Below are positions 12,939 to 26,698 of a stretch of DNA of 64,000 bases, in pieces (within the stretch, counting starts at the first letter, position 1; the number at the start of each line of letters is the position of its first letter). A program made the translations under genes and the position numbers. This DNA is from Eledone cirrhosa (Eukaryota): NCBI GenBank assembly GCA_964016885.1, contig OZ024743.1:244404001-244468000 (forward strand), given 5' to 3'. Under the pieces are notes generated by a model. The model saw nothing but the letters and a program-made list of their open reading frames with translations. It had not been told where the DNA came from and did not search any database.

Positions 12939-13175
12939 CCTTTTTGTTACTGTATTTCTAATGAGATATATTGCACTAACATTTTTAACGAAGAATTTGG
13001 AGGAATTTACTAAAATTGTTGGTTATTTCACGCTTAAGATGGATTTCTAACTTAGCATAATAAAAGGTTATTAAATCAAATTATCCTGGAAGATTTTACT
13101 TTAAATAGGAGCTGTTTAAAACGTGTTTGTTTTATAGAACCAGAGGCGGTTAAGTGAAGGTTTGTATCAAAAGGG
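12939..13175. mobile_element. piggyBac-type MITE flanked by TTAA; related copies at about 19660-19832, 31073-31293, 47295-47522
   Basis: ttaa|cctttttgttac ... gtatcaaaaggg|ttaa. The internal gaatttggagg...tcatagaaccagag-like motifs are shared between copies. Confidence 0.65.
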
Positions 13176-15856
13176 TTAAAGGGGACCAGACAATTTTCGA
13201 ACAGTAAAGTTTGTTCAATGATGATGATGTAATGAGAAGAATATGCGTGTTAATTTAAAGTAAAAACAATAAAATATTTCTCTCTGGTTTTATAGTGTTG
13301 ACTAACTGAAAGAGTATTCGAGAACTTAGCACCAAGGAGCCTCTACATGGCTGATGAGAAGTAGCAGTAAATTCACCATTTAAATCCTAACACATTAAAA
13401 ACAAACAATGAATACATTGGATAACTTTAGATATAGAGGAATGTAACCTCGTGGTTAGGCTCTTGATCTCACAATCTTAAGATAAGCTAGTGCGTTGTGT
13501 CCTTTTGCAAGGCACTTTATTTTGCGTTGCTCCAGTCCTCTCAGCTGAAAACATATGAATGCTAGCAGCATCAGCAGCAGATGGGGTTTAACTTTGCAAC
13601 TGACAAACATATTGTACTGTCAGTCGCTTAACATCACATGAAACCAGAATAAACTCCAATACGTTGAGCCTTTAGGCACCAGAAAGACAAACTTTAACTA
13701 AACTTTATGGAAACAATGCTCGCGCGGTGGCTAATATTATCTACGGCATGTTTCTCTTAGTCAAATCACCAATAAGGATATAGAGACATCAAGACACACT
13801 TCAACTTATCTGGTGTACATATTTATGTAACACTTGTTTTGTTAATCCCTCATTTGTAAGGTGGTGAATTGGTAGGCTCGTTAGGACAACGGATTAAATG
13901 CCTGGGGGATTTGTTACGGCACATTGCACTCTGAATTCAAATCCCCCAGAGATCAACTTTGCTTTTCATCCTTTCGAGGTCGTTAAATAAAGTACCAGTT
14001 CAGTACTAGGGTCGACCTTGGGTGATGTGGGCTCTACCATGAAATGCCGTGTCAGAATGGTGCCATTAGAAGTTAAGGGCTCTTTCCTATCATATGTTCA
14101 CCTTGTAGTGCGGAATAACTACGAGCACTTACAGAAGTGTTAAGTATGACCTAACATTTTTCATTTGAGATTTATGAGACATTATAAAAATACGACATTA
14201 ATATATTCTTCATATGAAAGGGGAAGGTGTGCAGCCAAGTTATTATGGTGTTGAACTTATGACCGGGCAGTGTGTGGTGTTCTTCAACAAGACACTTCAC
14301 TTTGCATTTAACGAGAGGTCTCATATGATTAAAATACTCAAGTTCGTAAACGATCAGCTAAACCTTCATAGCGGTGACCCGTAAATTTCATTTCATTCTG
14401 AATATATTCATACTTGATGAGTATAGTCTACAAAATGTCGGTGAATTGGCAGAATTGGTAAAACACTAGCACAATACAATGTCGTACTTAATTACTTCCC
14501 TTTACATTCTCATAATCTGTCGCATCCTTCTTCTACTCTATGCCTCGAGACGTGGTCAATGAGAGGCGGATTTTCTTAAACTGGACGTCTTTGATCTTCG
14601 CCTCATCCTCTATTTTTTAACATAGGATTGATTCTCCACAACTCCTACTCAAAATGCGCATCCATTGAATTAGTTACACACTCCAACATCCATGAGGTGA
14701 ACTCATTCGTGGTGCGTCTGCAGTTTCCGTCTACAAAATGTTACTCACAAGGCATTGGTCAATCCGAGACTATCGTAGAATATACTTGCCTAAAGTGCCA
14801 TGCAATAGAACTGATGCTGAAACCACATGGTTGCGAACCGAACTCCTTAGTCACACAGCCATTCCATGCATAGAAAATTTGCCAAAGTGTCGAGAGGATT
14901 TTTTAGTTATGTCAGACATGACAACCCACCCCACTAGTGCTGGTGTCACGATAAAAGGCACCCAGTGCACTCTGTAAAGAGCGGAAATGTATGTAAGCGT
15001 GATGCTATTCCAATCCCGTCAGTGAGGTTAGTAGTACTTATTGGAAATAGACTTGGTCTGAAACAACCTGGCTAAATCGTGCTAGCAGAGAAAGTGGACA
15101 TTAAATGATGATGATTATATAAGGCTACTTATTGACATATGTACTATACATCTGAACATATATAAAATGTGTTACATTGGAGAGATATTATCTATAGTGT
15201 GTGTGTGTATGTGTGTAAGTGCACGCACATCTATATTGCATATACACAAGTTACCAGTTCCACTTAATGTGTAGTTTCTCCTCACCCCTTTTATTTCGTA
15301 AGCATTACACACTATTATTTTTGCCTCTTATTTTATTATACTTTATATATCTATTTATCTATCAGTTTCCGTGCGATGGTTGCTTATGTTTAATCAGCAT
15401 GCCACTATTTTAAAAGTACGCACTTGGTTAAGATTGGTCGAGGTAATGTAAGAATTAATGATGACATTATTTAGAATGAAGGCTAACTGAAACAGAAAGA
15501 GGAAGGTGATTGTTAAACAACAGGATATATGGAAAAATAGATAGAAAGTTAAGGTATAAGAAAATGCGGTCGGTCACTCGATTATATTTGTACTAATGAG
15601 ATGTGGACATTGGTCTTCAACAGTTACTCGCAAGATTGTTGTTTTATTTTGTGGCATTCATTTCAATGCGGCTTCCCCGATTTAAAAAGGAATGTTGAAG
15701 AGGACATTTAATGCATTATATAACCTTTTTAGACGAGTAAAATAACAATCATCTTTAAACTTCTCCTCCAGTTTGTAAGGTGGTGGTGGTGATAGTTGGG
15801 TGTGTATGTTGACGTATGTACTTTTGTTTTTCATATCTTAATTTACAAGAAGTGAA

Positions 15857-16160
15857 GGAGCGTGGATTAGGAGTTATGGTGTTGAGTTCACGATCGCAAG
15901 GTCGTAAGTTAAAGTCCCAGAGGCACAAAACACTATTTCACATTTCCCCAGCCCACTCACCAGGAAAAAAACCAGATGTGTCTGTAATCCTTAAGGCCAG
16001 TCTTGTCACACACTGTTTCAAGCTGATTCTTACGAAGAACTACATTGAGGACACACTTGTTTGTGGAATGCTGAGCCACTTGCTTATTAATTTCAGGAGA
16101 AAACTATTTTGTTGGTCAGACAAATGGAACACTCATCGTCGGAACTGACGGAGATCCGAC
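15857..16160 (+). mobile_element. tRNA-derived SINE (family B); other copies at about 25290-25560, 28713-28980, 42030-42340, 62975-63240(-), 660-765(-), 56250-56352(-)
   Basis: Pol III head plus conserved gagaactacgttaagggtacacgtgtctgtggaatgctcagccacttgc-like body. Confidence 0.75.
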
Positions 16161-16430
16161 ACTTTACAAAAATCACAACTAGTCGTGTCACCGAAACTCA
16201 GATTTTTGTTTTCACAAACATCCTTGATAAAGTATTGTTGGCAAAACACATACATATGCCCGCATGCATGTGTGTATACGACAGGCTTCTGTAGAATTTC
16301 CGTCTACCAAATTCTACTCACAACATATTCGTAAATTCGAGAGTATGGAAGAAAATACTTGTGCTGAAGAGTGGGATTAAACTCGGAATTACGTAGTTGT
16401 GAAGCGAATTTGTACCTAAACGATATATAT

Positions 16431-16487
<57 letters not shown>

Positions 16488-17877
16488 AGGCGGCGCACAA
16501 GATACAGACAATGGATAAAACAACGGAGAGACGGACAGTCCCATCTCCTCAGTCAACCTCTGGAAATAACTACATTAAGGTTGATACCTTTCATTCCAAT
16601 ACACATTGAGACATAACAAAACAGGTAGAGACAAGTTATGCCTTTATATATATATACATATATACATATATATATGTATATATACATATATATATACATA
16701 CGCGGTGGGTATTATGTATCGTTATGCTCTATCTGTTAACCACACACACACACCTGTATACACCGTAGCCTACGGTAGACAGACTTGTGAATATTAACTT
16801 ATAACTAGTAGTTTATTCGTGAATGAAGAATTTTGAATGAAAAATGAGTTTAGTAAACAAGTGAACGTTGATGAATTGTATAAATGTGAAAGAAAAATAG
16901 TGTTGTGAATATTTCGCTTCCACATGACACTTAGTAATAAATGAGAAAGCCCCCTTACATGTTGTTTATGGCTTAGTCAAGTGGTTCTCAAGCGTGAGCC
17001 ACTTGCCCCTTCTGAAAGGAATTTCTAGTCCGGAGGGAGGAATTTTGATAGGGGTGTGGAATTGCTGTGGAATTTGATTTTATAGGCAATATCTTAATTT
17101 ATAGACAAAATTGGTTGACTTACGAAGCATTAGGAATTTGGAAATTTGAAAAGATAGTCGCCACATTACAGATAGTTATAAACGATAGCTGAATAAATCG
17201 GGAAACAGAAACATATGGACTGGGACGTCTGTGGTTCGATTCCCTGCAGCCATCTCTGTCCATTTTTTCCTGTCTTCATGGGTATTTTACTCGAGTTATT
17301 CAACTATTATTATAGTTATTTGCATTTTCAAATCTTAATTTATATGTTAACATGATAATTTGGTGATAACATGTTATATACATAGTAAAAATTTCCTCCC
17401 TTCGAGTGGTGTTTTTCTGCTTGTGCAGGCGCGCGCGAACACACACACACACGCACACGCATATATATTATTGATGACTGAGTCGTGAATTGCTTAAATG
17501 AGTGAACATGACATTTTGGTCAGGGTGGTATTTTGAACTCATACCAATGCAATTTGATTTCGCGCTTAAAACTAAATACCATGTGATACATAATTTCTCT
17601 TGTCTGACATAGCAGTAGAATGGACAAACACACAAACTAACAATGTGTTTTTTATATATAATTTTAAATGACCAGTTTAATCTAATAGTTGTAGAAGCAT
17701 ATATAATTTCCAGTTTTGCTGAAATAAGGAATACACCCAATTTATATTCAGTTTCAATTTGGTAGGATTGAAACTAAATGTATATTATACACTTTTCGTC
17801 ATTAGACAGAAGCGGTCTGGTTATTCTAATATTAGGGTAAGTGGACTCACAAGACATTAGTCAACTTGAAGCTGTAG

Positions 17878-18083
17878 CAGACCTGTCAACTCTCCATAAA
17901 AATAGGTTTAGCTTTCATTATGTAAAATAAAGTAACAGTAATGCACTGGGTATTTGCTGGCCTTGTGCCTAAAGTAGAAACAATTATGTAAAATCTCCCC
18001 ATTTTGCCTCATTTCTCCCCGTTTTGGGGTGCACCTTTTTTCATGGTACTCCTCGTTTGGGTTTTTAGGGGTTGGCAGATCTG
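17878..18083 (+). mobile_element. About 190-bp MITE (TIR CAGACCTGYCAAC) with a nested SINE A 3' fragment
   Basis: TIRs cagacctgtcaac and gttggcagatctg. The inserted SINE tail is flanked by a 12-bp TSD attatgtaaaat (17917-17928 and 17983-17994). Confidence 0.8.
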
Positions 18084-18353
18084 CTATAACACATATGCCA
18101 TGTAATGGAACTGCACCCACCACCACCACCAAACCACGTGCTTTAGATGCAGACATGGCTGTGTTATTAAGACACAATCACACTACATGTATATGTAACT
18201 TGATTGTGTGCCTTACCTATTTAGCCATACTTAATCTCATTATACTGTTGCACTAAACTTGATTTATTAAGCTCTCTGTTAATCGACGTGCACAAAAGAA
18301 ATATTTTCATTGCAATTGTGAAGTATTCTCAACACCCCAACCCCCATATATAA

Positions 18354-18407
<54 letters not shown>

Positions 18408-18713
18408 ATGTGTCTGAGTATATACACATACATACATATACATGTGTGTGAATATGTCTATGTAGGTATATTTTTATATCATCGAAGAGACTTAAAGAAA
18501 GCGACATTGAAAGAATTCGTCAAGTGTGAGATGTGTGAGGCTATAAAATAGTTTGAATCTGAAATAAATAGACATTATATGACATTATAGAAGATTGTTA
18601 AACTACATAGACCTGGTGTTTATTGAATTAAAATACCTTTCTTTACGGCTTTCCTTTATCAAATACCAGTTTCTGGTCTTAACTGAATGCTTGGCTGACT
18701 CTTTCTCTTAAAA

Positions 18714-18751
<38 letters not shown>

Positions 18752-19479
18752 TATGTAATAAAAGTGTGAATAACCAACCGAGGAGTCACGTGTTCGCTTC
18801 ATTGGTTTCGATAAAAAAAATTACTTTCTGACAAGCGCAGAATATACTGTTTCCTTTATTACTGTTGATAGTAGTGGTGGGAGTGGTAGTGTGATGATGA
18901 TGATAAGGAAGAACATTTGCAAATGAATATCATAATCATCGTTTTTACATACTCTTTTATCATGTTAGCATGGATCGAATGAGAAAATTTAATATATTTG
19001 ATGTGCTCTTCCTTTCTTAAGACAGTAGTATGTTAATTCAGGAAGATTTGGATTGTTTGTGTTGTGTTCTTGAACAAATTATTTTATTACATGTTACTCC
19101 AATATACTCAGCTGAGTACCGTCGGTTTAACCCTACAGTGAACTGGCGTCCTATCCAAAGAAACCGAGATAAGCACCGGCCTAATGAGCCTTCGGGAATA
19201 AGGCAGACTTTAGACCTTTTTTTAGAGATTGTGTGACTATTGGCTGTAGTTCTTTAGTGCGGGGTCAGCTCTGATCAAGCCGACTTATGACTGAAAAGCA
19301 TTACAGCTTTGATCACTCCAACGTTTAATTTTCATACATTATCTTCGATCACATTATCCAATATTTTTAACCTTGTCGTCCTGATTCCATGAAAAAACGT
19401 ATCCAGCCTAATCTGTAAAGTGTTAGTGTGAATACCACAATGAGAAATAGCCAGTTCACCCTGTGAAGTAGTAGTGTGG

Positions 19480-19655
19480 GGGTCACGATAAAATGCTTCT
19501 AGTACAAGCTGTAAGGTGGTTGGCATTAAGAAGGGCATCCAATCGTAGAATCCAAACCAGAAACGAAGCGTACGAGCAGGACGTAGTCATCTGACCAGTC
19601 TAGCCTCTACGTGACAAGCTGTCTAACCCATGCAAGAACGGAAAATAGACGTTAG
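19480..19655 (+). mobile_element. SINE/LINE-tail family D; copies at about 1-155, 14910-15115, 36810-36985, 56660-56840(-)
   Basis: gtggttggcattaagaagggcatcc...aacccatgc...gaaaatggacgttaaa(tga)n-like tail. Confidence 0.7.
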
Positions 19656-20251
19656 ATTTCTAATGAATGACATTAGTTTTAAATAATTCTGAAAATAATG
19701 AAGAATTTGGAGGGATTTAGTAATATAACTAACTTTCTCATTTTAAGCTGGTGTTTTACGTAAAATTATGATGGAAGGTTTTAGACAAATATAAACACCT
19801 TAAAATAAACAGTTTAGTATCAAAAGGGTTAACGTTTGTAGTATGTTGTTTGAGGGTAATTTGGCTGCTAGCAGATGTAATAACCATGTAGGGGCTTCTA
19901 TTTGTTTCGTTTACTGTGTTTATTGACCGAGCAATATAATCCGGAAGAGAGTTGTTCAGTCATACTAACTATTATCATATTTCGTGATTAATTAGCAATG
20001 GAAGGGGATCGATAGGCAACGTCGCTATTAGTACGAGGCCAGTGGGAGGGTGGTGGATTTACCGAATTGTTAGAACATCGGACAAGTGCTTTGTAGTATT
20101 TAGTTGCGGTTCCTTACGTTCTGAGTTCCAATCTCGCCGAGGTTAGCTTTCCCTTTCATCATTCCGGTATCGATAAAATAAAGTACCAGTAAAGTATTGT
20201 GTCGATTTAAACGACGTCATTTCTCGGCCGAAATTACTGGCTTTATTAAGA

Positions 20252-21293
20252 ACTAGCAGAGGTACCCGGCGTTGCTCGGGTATTAAATACCAGTTATGTA
20301 TACCATTTATGTCAATACTTCAGTGCTGCTTGGAAAACTATACTTTTACAAAATCATCGGCTTTTTCCAAAAGGGGGTTCCTGCACCCAGACGTCCCCTA
20401 CTCAATATGTGCCAATTCTGAGAGTTCACATTCATCTGTAGAACAAACGTAGCCCATGTGTCAAGTTTTGTGAAAATCGGGTGCGAACTCCAGAAGTTAT
20501 GACGTTTTGTTGCATTGCACTGCAGTGCTTCAGTGGACTCCAAGGAAGTGGTTAAAGGGGGTTATCTGTCGGGAGGCCCTATAATCAATACCTGGAAAAA
20601 TGAAATGCCCATGACCATCCGGAGTACATAAGTAACCTATGTCTTAAGTTTGGTGAAAATACTGCAGAAATGCATAAGGTTTACACACATACGCGCGCGT
20701 GTATGTGTGTGTGTGCGTGTGTATGTCCGTCGGCGCATACGTATGTACTGGCCTAAATCTTCACTATTTACTTTTACTATTTTAAGGCAAAGTTAAAATC
20801 CTATCAAGGTTAACTTTGCCTTTCATCCTTATGGGGTCGATAAAATAAAGTACCAGTAATGTACTGGGTAATTGCTGGCCTTGTGCCAAAAGTAGAAACA
20901 ACTATTTTAATAACCTCTGTCATTTTCGTTTACAATTTTATTTACATCATTCTTAAACTCCGGGGCTGGAAATCATTCGGTTATTTTAAATAGAATATTA
21001 GTCTAACGACTCCATTTACACCATAAACTTGGTCTTGTCTTTGCATGAAATTGTTCTTCTCGATCGTATTATCCTCGCTTTTTTTCCGTTCATTACCAGG
21101 AAACGTCTTCACGAACCAAAATATCGTCTTCCTGTTTTCCTTCGGTTGCAACGTTTCTCGAAATATTCAATTCTGCGTTCACAGATTGAATTTATTAGTT
21201 TAAGATCCCGTTAATGTTGAAAGCAGCGATTCTTTGCTTAAACTTTCTTTCTTTCTCAACCCCCTCCCTTTTTTCTCATACCCTCTCTCTCTT

Positions 21294-21348
<55 letters not shown>

Positions 21349-22371
21349 TTCTATCTCTCTCTCACTCATACTCCCTCTCTCTCTCTTCATCTACAGAATG
21401 GAGAATAATAAAGAACGCGCAGATCTCTCTCTCTCTCTCTTTCTTTCTTTATATATTTGTGTGTGTGTGTGAACCAGCGTTCGTCGCCATTTTCTCTCTG
21501 ACTCTCTATCTGATTATCTTGTACTTCTCTCTGTATAACGACCTATCTCACTCTCTCTCTCTCTCTCTACATCTCCCTTTCTCTCTTTAGATGCATATGT
21601 AAAGAGAGAGTTGCAACATGTATGTAGTTTCATAGATTTTTGAGGGTAGTGAGAATGAAAATATAAACAGAGCTTATAAATAAATTTACAGTAGAATAAC
21701 ATAACAAATATGTTTTAAATATATACATAAATAACATTACAAATGCCTCGGTAACACTACAAAGGATGATACAATGAAAGATATATTCCTTCAATGCTAC
21801 AATATTAAAGAAAATGTAAAGGAAGGAGGTGAAAAAACGGAGCCAACACCAGAGCAAAAGACAGCAACGTCGCGAGTACTGGGCAACCTCTCTAATTTTG
21901 AGGCAAGCCAGCACACTCGCAGCGTTGCCTCGGGTGATGACGAGACTGATGCGCTGAAATATTGTTTTAAAAGACTTTTCAATTGAAATGAAGCAAAATG
22001 GAAGCTTAATGTTGAAACTTCGAACTCATGAATTTTGCAGGTTAAAATTTTGCTGGCCCGAAAACTGTTCGCGTATTTTTGTTCGCGTAGTTTGTTCATA
22101 ACGTAAATAGATAAACAAATGACGCCATAAAAGGGAAATAACTCGTCTCTCATCTCTATTTATACATTTGAACTGAAAAATCAATACATTACAAATTCGA
22201 TTTTTGCACTTGGCGTGGGTCGATTTGAAAATTTTTTTGACCCTTGTCTCCGCCGGACCTTCAATTGTAGCAATTTCACCAACATTTGAACGTACGGTTT
22301 AAGAGAAGAGGTGTGCCGACCGTTTTAGTAGACAGACAGACAGACAACCTTAGTTATATATATAAGTAGAT
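20252..22371 (+). mobile_element. Putative non-autonomous Helitron/DINE-1-like element (possibly two pieces) with nested SINE and (CT)n
   Basis: Starts actagcagaggtacccggcgttgctcgggt (hairpin), has internal aagtttggtgaaaat-type repeats, and ends (gaca)n...tatatatataagtaga, as is typical of Lep1/DINE-1-like elements. Confidence 0.5.
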
Positions 22372-23165
22372 TATTAACGTAGGAGGTTGGTAAAATTGTT
22401 TTTAATGCTTTGCGCTATTTGTTATAAGATCAACTTTGCCTTTCAATCTCCCGACGTCGATAAAATAAATTAGTCAAATACTGAGGTTGGAATAATCGAC
22501 TTTCTACTCTCCTCAAAATTGCTGGCCTTGTGCCTAAATTAGAAACAATTATTATTGTTGTTGTTTTTTTTCTTTCTAATTAAAGAAAGGGATTGATGAT
22601 AATGATTATGATAGTAGTGTTTTGGTCGGGGTTGGATTAAACATGGAGGAGGGGTCACAAACGAACTGCCACCTAATGTAATTTACTTTAAGAGACCCAC
22701 TGCCAGCAAATGCAATTTAAACTAGTTGCATGGCGAATGGCGCCATATCGTATGACAGGATCGTGAAGGGGATTATACAGAGAGGAAAGAAGGAGGATGT
22801 AGATTGAGATGAGGTTAAACCTATTAATCAGCTAACCTGCACGCTATGTACCCATGCATAATTTTTGTTGTTTTTTCTGCTACATCTCTTTCATTAAAAA
22901 TGGTTGCAAAACAAGGAGTAAAACGGGGAGATAGAGTGAGGGAAAGAGAGAAATAGGACGACAGCTACTGGAAGCCACATTTGCGCTTTAACAAACCAGC
23001 ATAAGAGTAGTATGTATGTGTTTGTGTTTTTTTTTTTCGTATCTTTGTCTGAGCGCCTGATGAGAAGCCAGTTTTGAAGAGATTCCTCTAATATACAGTG
23101 GTGGCCATAATTGGACCCCAAAACCTAAGGTCGCGCATATATATTAAGTATATGAAACTTTATTT

Positions 23166-23256
<91 letters not shown>

Positions 23257-23796
23257 GGAGGGTAACGTGAAGTTACTGTAGTTTCACCCAGGTGAGCACT
23301 CGATGTTTAGGTTCACGTCAGTGGCGAGATGTAGAGCTAAATAGAGTGTAATATAATAATACAAGTACGATTTGTTAATCCTTCATTACGTTTATTCATT
23401 GTTGACGCGCGTTTCGCTATTGATCAGCTGAAGGTACGATCTGTATCAATCTACCACGACTCTGGAATCAAAAGCTTGTCGGACCTCTGCTGTTGTAATG
23501 CCAGAATGAACATATAAATATATTATATGGCATGGCTGCACAATAAAACAGGTAAGAGAATGTAAGAATAATGTTTTCTTGGCTAGAAGATCAGTAATCC
23601 TTCTCTGGTGAAAGTGTAAGAGAAATAGAAATTAGTCAGAATGATCCTGTTTTTGCTGCAACTATGCCGGAGCACCACTGGGAAGTGGTTTAGTCGATCA
23701 TATAAACCTCAGTTTTTTGTCTAATCATTAGGTTACATGACATACACACACACACAGACACACGCACACGCATACACACACACATATATATATATA

Positions 23797-23989
23797 ACAA
23801 AGAAGGTGTGGTAAGATACCAGGTGGACCATAACGCACCAGAGTACTCGATACTTAGGGTAGTAGAGTGGGTAATAGGGAAAAGAATCGGGAGCCCGACG
23901 GCTGAGCTCCGGCCGTTTCGATAGCTAGACCCGTCGGATCTAGCTATCGAAACGGCCAGAGCTCAGCTGTCGGGGTCCTGACTCTTTTC
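23797..23989 (-). mobile_element. Penelope-like pLTR remnant with the 3' half of a hammerhead and a fold-back (second copy at 34889-35045)
   Basis: GAAAC-GGC...GCC-GUC stem III and cleavage triplet. Inverted repeat at 23879-23989, next to (TA)n. Confidence 0.6.
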
Positions 23990-24061
23990 ATATACTTATA
24001 TATATGCGTGTGTGTGCGTAGAGAGGGGGTGGATGGGGGTAGGAATATTATATAGTTTATG

Positions 24062-24239
24062 ATAATTGTTTCTACTTTTGGCACAAGGCCAGCAATTATC
24101 CCAGTGTATTACTGGTACTTTATTTAATCGACCCCGTAAGGATGAAAGGCAAAGTTAACCTCGGCGGGACTTGAACTCGGGACGTAACTGTGCTGCAAAG
24201 CATGGCGTCCGACCCTCTATCGATACTCCCAATCCACCG
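24062..24239 (-). mobile_element. Family A SINE (young subfamily)
   Basis: Near-identical to 2545-2734. Confidence 0.9.
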
Positions 24240-24289
24240 TAATGATACACATTAAGTTCCATAGTTTATATCAATATATATGACGACAC

Positions 24290-24620
24290 ATTGGGAGTGA
24301 GACAAGTCGAAAACACGAAATTGCGAAGCAAACTCCCAAACCTCAAAGCCATGTGCTGCACCGATTTGTTTACTTTTCATAGCGAGACAAGAAAAGGAAA
24401 CAATTAAAAGTAGTGGAGACTTCTGGTGTCCTCGGCCATAGGACCACCTCTCTACTTACCACTATCGGCACAGAGTTGGCTACCCGCAAGTGTGAGGCTC
24501 GCGAGCTGGAATGGCTCTTCCAGCACGTCTCCCTCACCATCCTCCTGGGAAACGCCTTCTCTATTCTGTCCGCCGGGCCGCAGGGTTGCCAGCGCGTGGG
24601 TCCCCATTCGCTCATGATAG
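24290..24620 (+). mobile_element. CRE-clade non-LTR retrotransposon 3' fragment (C-terminus of the restriction-like endonuclease)
   Basis: Translation VETSGVLG...IGTELATRKCEARELEWLFQHVSLTILLGNAFSIL matches the recalled CRE RLE tail pattern VETxGxxG...FLFQRLSxAIQRGNA. Confidence 0.65.
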
Positions 24621-25036
24621 TGAGAGGTGAGGAGAGAGGGAGAGACGGAAGTAGTGACAGTGGGGGTTTGGTTCCATTGTGTTTGGACTTGGTATATATG
24701 TATATATTTATTTACCACACTATATTAACTGTATATATGAAAGTGTTTTTATGTGAGTGAAACTGGATAGACAGCAAACATAGGGAACTTCTACATTAAA
24801 AGTAGGATGAAAGAACAGAAGGAGATCTCTATACCTTCGGCTGGAGAGCATATCCCTGTTACGTATCGCACAGAAATGGCATCAGCCATTCCATCTCGCG
24901 AGACTCATTTCTCAAGCGTGATGCCCTCACAGTAGTCCAGTGACCACGGCTACTGGAGGTCATTACACTTAATAAAAATAAAATGAGAAGTGTATACTTT
25001 ACATTTCATTACATTATAGAATATATAGGCCAATAG

Positions 25037-25210
25037 ATAATTGATTCTACTATTGGCACAGGGCCAGCAATTATCCAGTACATTACTGGTACCTTATTTT
25101 ATCGACCCCGTAAGGATGAAAGGCAAAGTTAACCTCGGCGGAATTTGAACTCAGAATGGCAAGGGCCGTAACTCTATGCGCCAAAGCATGGCGTCCGACC
25201 CTCTATCGAT
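25037..25210 (-). mobile_element. 5'-truncated family A SINE with 19-bp TSD
   Basis: TSD atataggccaatagataat at 25023-25041 and 25209-25227. Confidence 0.9.
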
Positions 25211-25966
25211 ATAGGCCAATAGATAATGGAGTTAAGATAGTAAGTATTGTGTTTCTTTGTCGATTATATACGAAAAGTGAAAGCGGGGGGAGGGGCTTAG
25301 TTTTTAGAGTGTTTACTTCAAGATCTTAATTTTGATTTCCAGCAGCGCGTTGAATCCTTGAACAAGACATTTTATTTCACGTTGCCCCAGTTCACTCACC
25401 TGTAAAAAAATGCGTTGTACCCCTAATTCCACGAGTCACATGCGGTGAATTTCTCTGAAAACTACGTTATAGGTAAACGTGTTTGTGGAATGCTCAGTCA
25501 CGAGAAGGTTGTTCTGTTAATCGAATCATCTGAGCAATGTCATCAGTACGAAAATACGTAGACATCTCTGAAAGAAATAACCAGTTCACAAGTACTTTGA
25601 TTTCATACAGGCCAGAAAACATCCTCTATACATCGTTAAACAGTGACAGCCGGTCGTCGCCAACAGGTGCCAACTGGCTATTACTGGCTGCTCCATTTAC
25701 CATCCTCCTCCTCCACCACCACCACCACCTACTTACTGACCATGTGTTTTCTGCTGGCATTAGATATTTCTTTAATAATAACAGTAATAGTAGTAACAAT
25801 AACAATAGCAGGAATAACGTATTGGTTGTCGTGTTTATTGTTATTATTATGGCCCTGTTTATAGTACATTTTACCTGTTCTAAAAACTAGAAAAGGAAAA
25901 GAAATACAATAGAATGAAAAAAAAGAGGAATAGTGAAAAAGAGGAAGAAAGCATAAACTATGAGAG

Positions 25967-26166
25967 NNNNNNNNNNNNNNNNNNNNNNNNNNNNNNNNNN
26001 NNNNNNNNNNNNNNNNNNNNNNNNNNNNNNNNNNNNNNNNNNNNNNNNNNNNNNNNNNNNNNNNNNNNNNNNNNNNNNNNNNNNNNNNNNNNNNNNNNNN
26101 NNNNNNNNNNNNNNNNNNNNNNNNNNNNNNNNNNNNNNNNNNNNNNNNNNNNNNNNNNNNNNNNNN
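25967..26166. other. Assembly gap (200 N)
   Basis: Run of exactly 200 N, probably a fixed-size scaffolding gap. Confidence 1.
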
Positions 26167-26650
26167 CATTAAACACACGATTTATTGTGTTTATTACTAT
26201 ATATATATATATATGTATGTATAAATGAAGAAGTACCCAGTTATTGAGTAGGGTGGGGTTGCCGATTCAAGCACAATCAACTTCATTTTTTTCTACCTCA
26301 ACATTTATCTGTAGACCAAGTGTCTCCACCAATGCCAATATTATGCACCATTTCCTGCCCAGTCAATAATTCCACGATTAGACATGTTCCTGACATGGCA
26401 GCAGACAAAAAAATTCTAGTCGGCACGGAATAATGAAATGGAGACTAAGGCTGCTCTCAAACCTGATGGCATTTCCTGAAGAGGAGCGCCGTAAAAGTAA
26501 ATTGCATATATTTTAAAGAGCTACATTGTCGTCTAATCATGCGCCATGTGTGTGCATGTCTATATGTGTGCGTACTTTCGCGTGTGTGTATATATATATG
26601 TATATGTATTTATATTCATATATATATATATATATATGTATGTATTTATA

Positions 26651-26698
<48 letters not shown>

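Noticed and set aside
16530-16595. Permuted hammerhead-like arrangement on minus (GAAA..UA, 7-bp hairpin, CUGAGGA)
   Set aside because: Stem II does not pair and stem III is not self-complementary.
23057-23087. CTGATGA-gaagc..gtttt-GAAG
   Set aside because: Lacks GAAA and a pairing stem I or III; a chance match.
25729-26228. ORFs spanning the N run
   Set aside because: Artefacts of the assembly gap.
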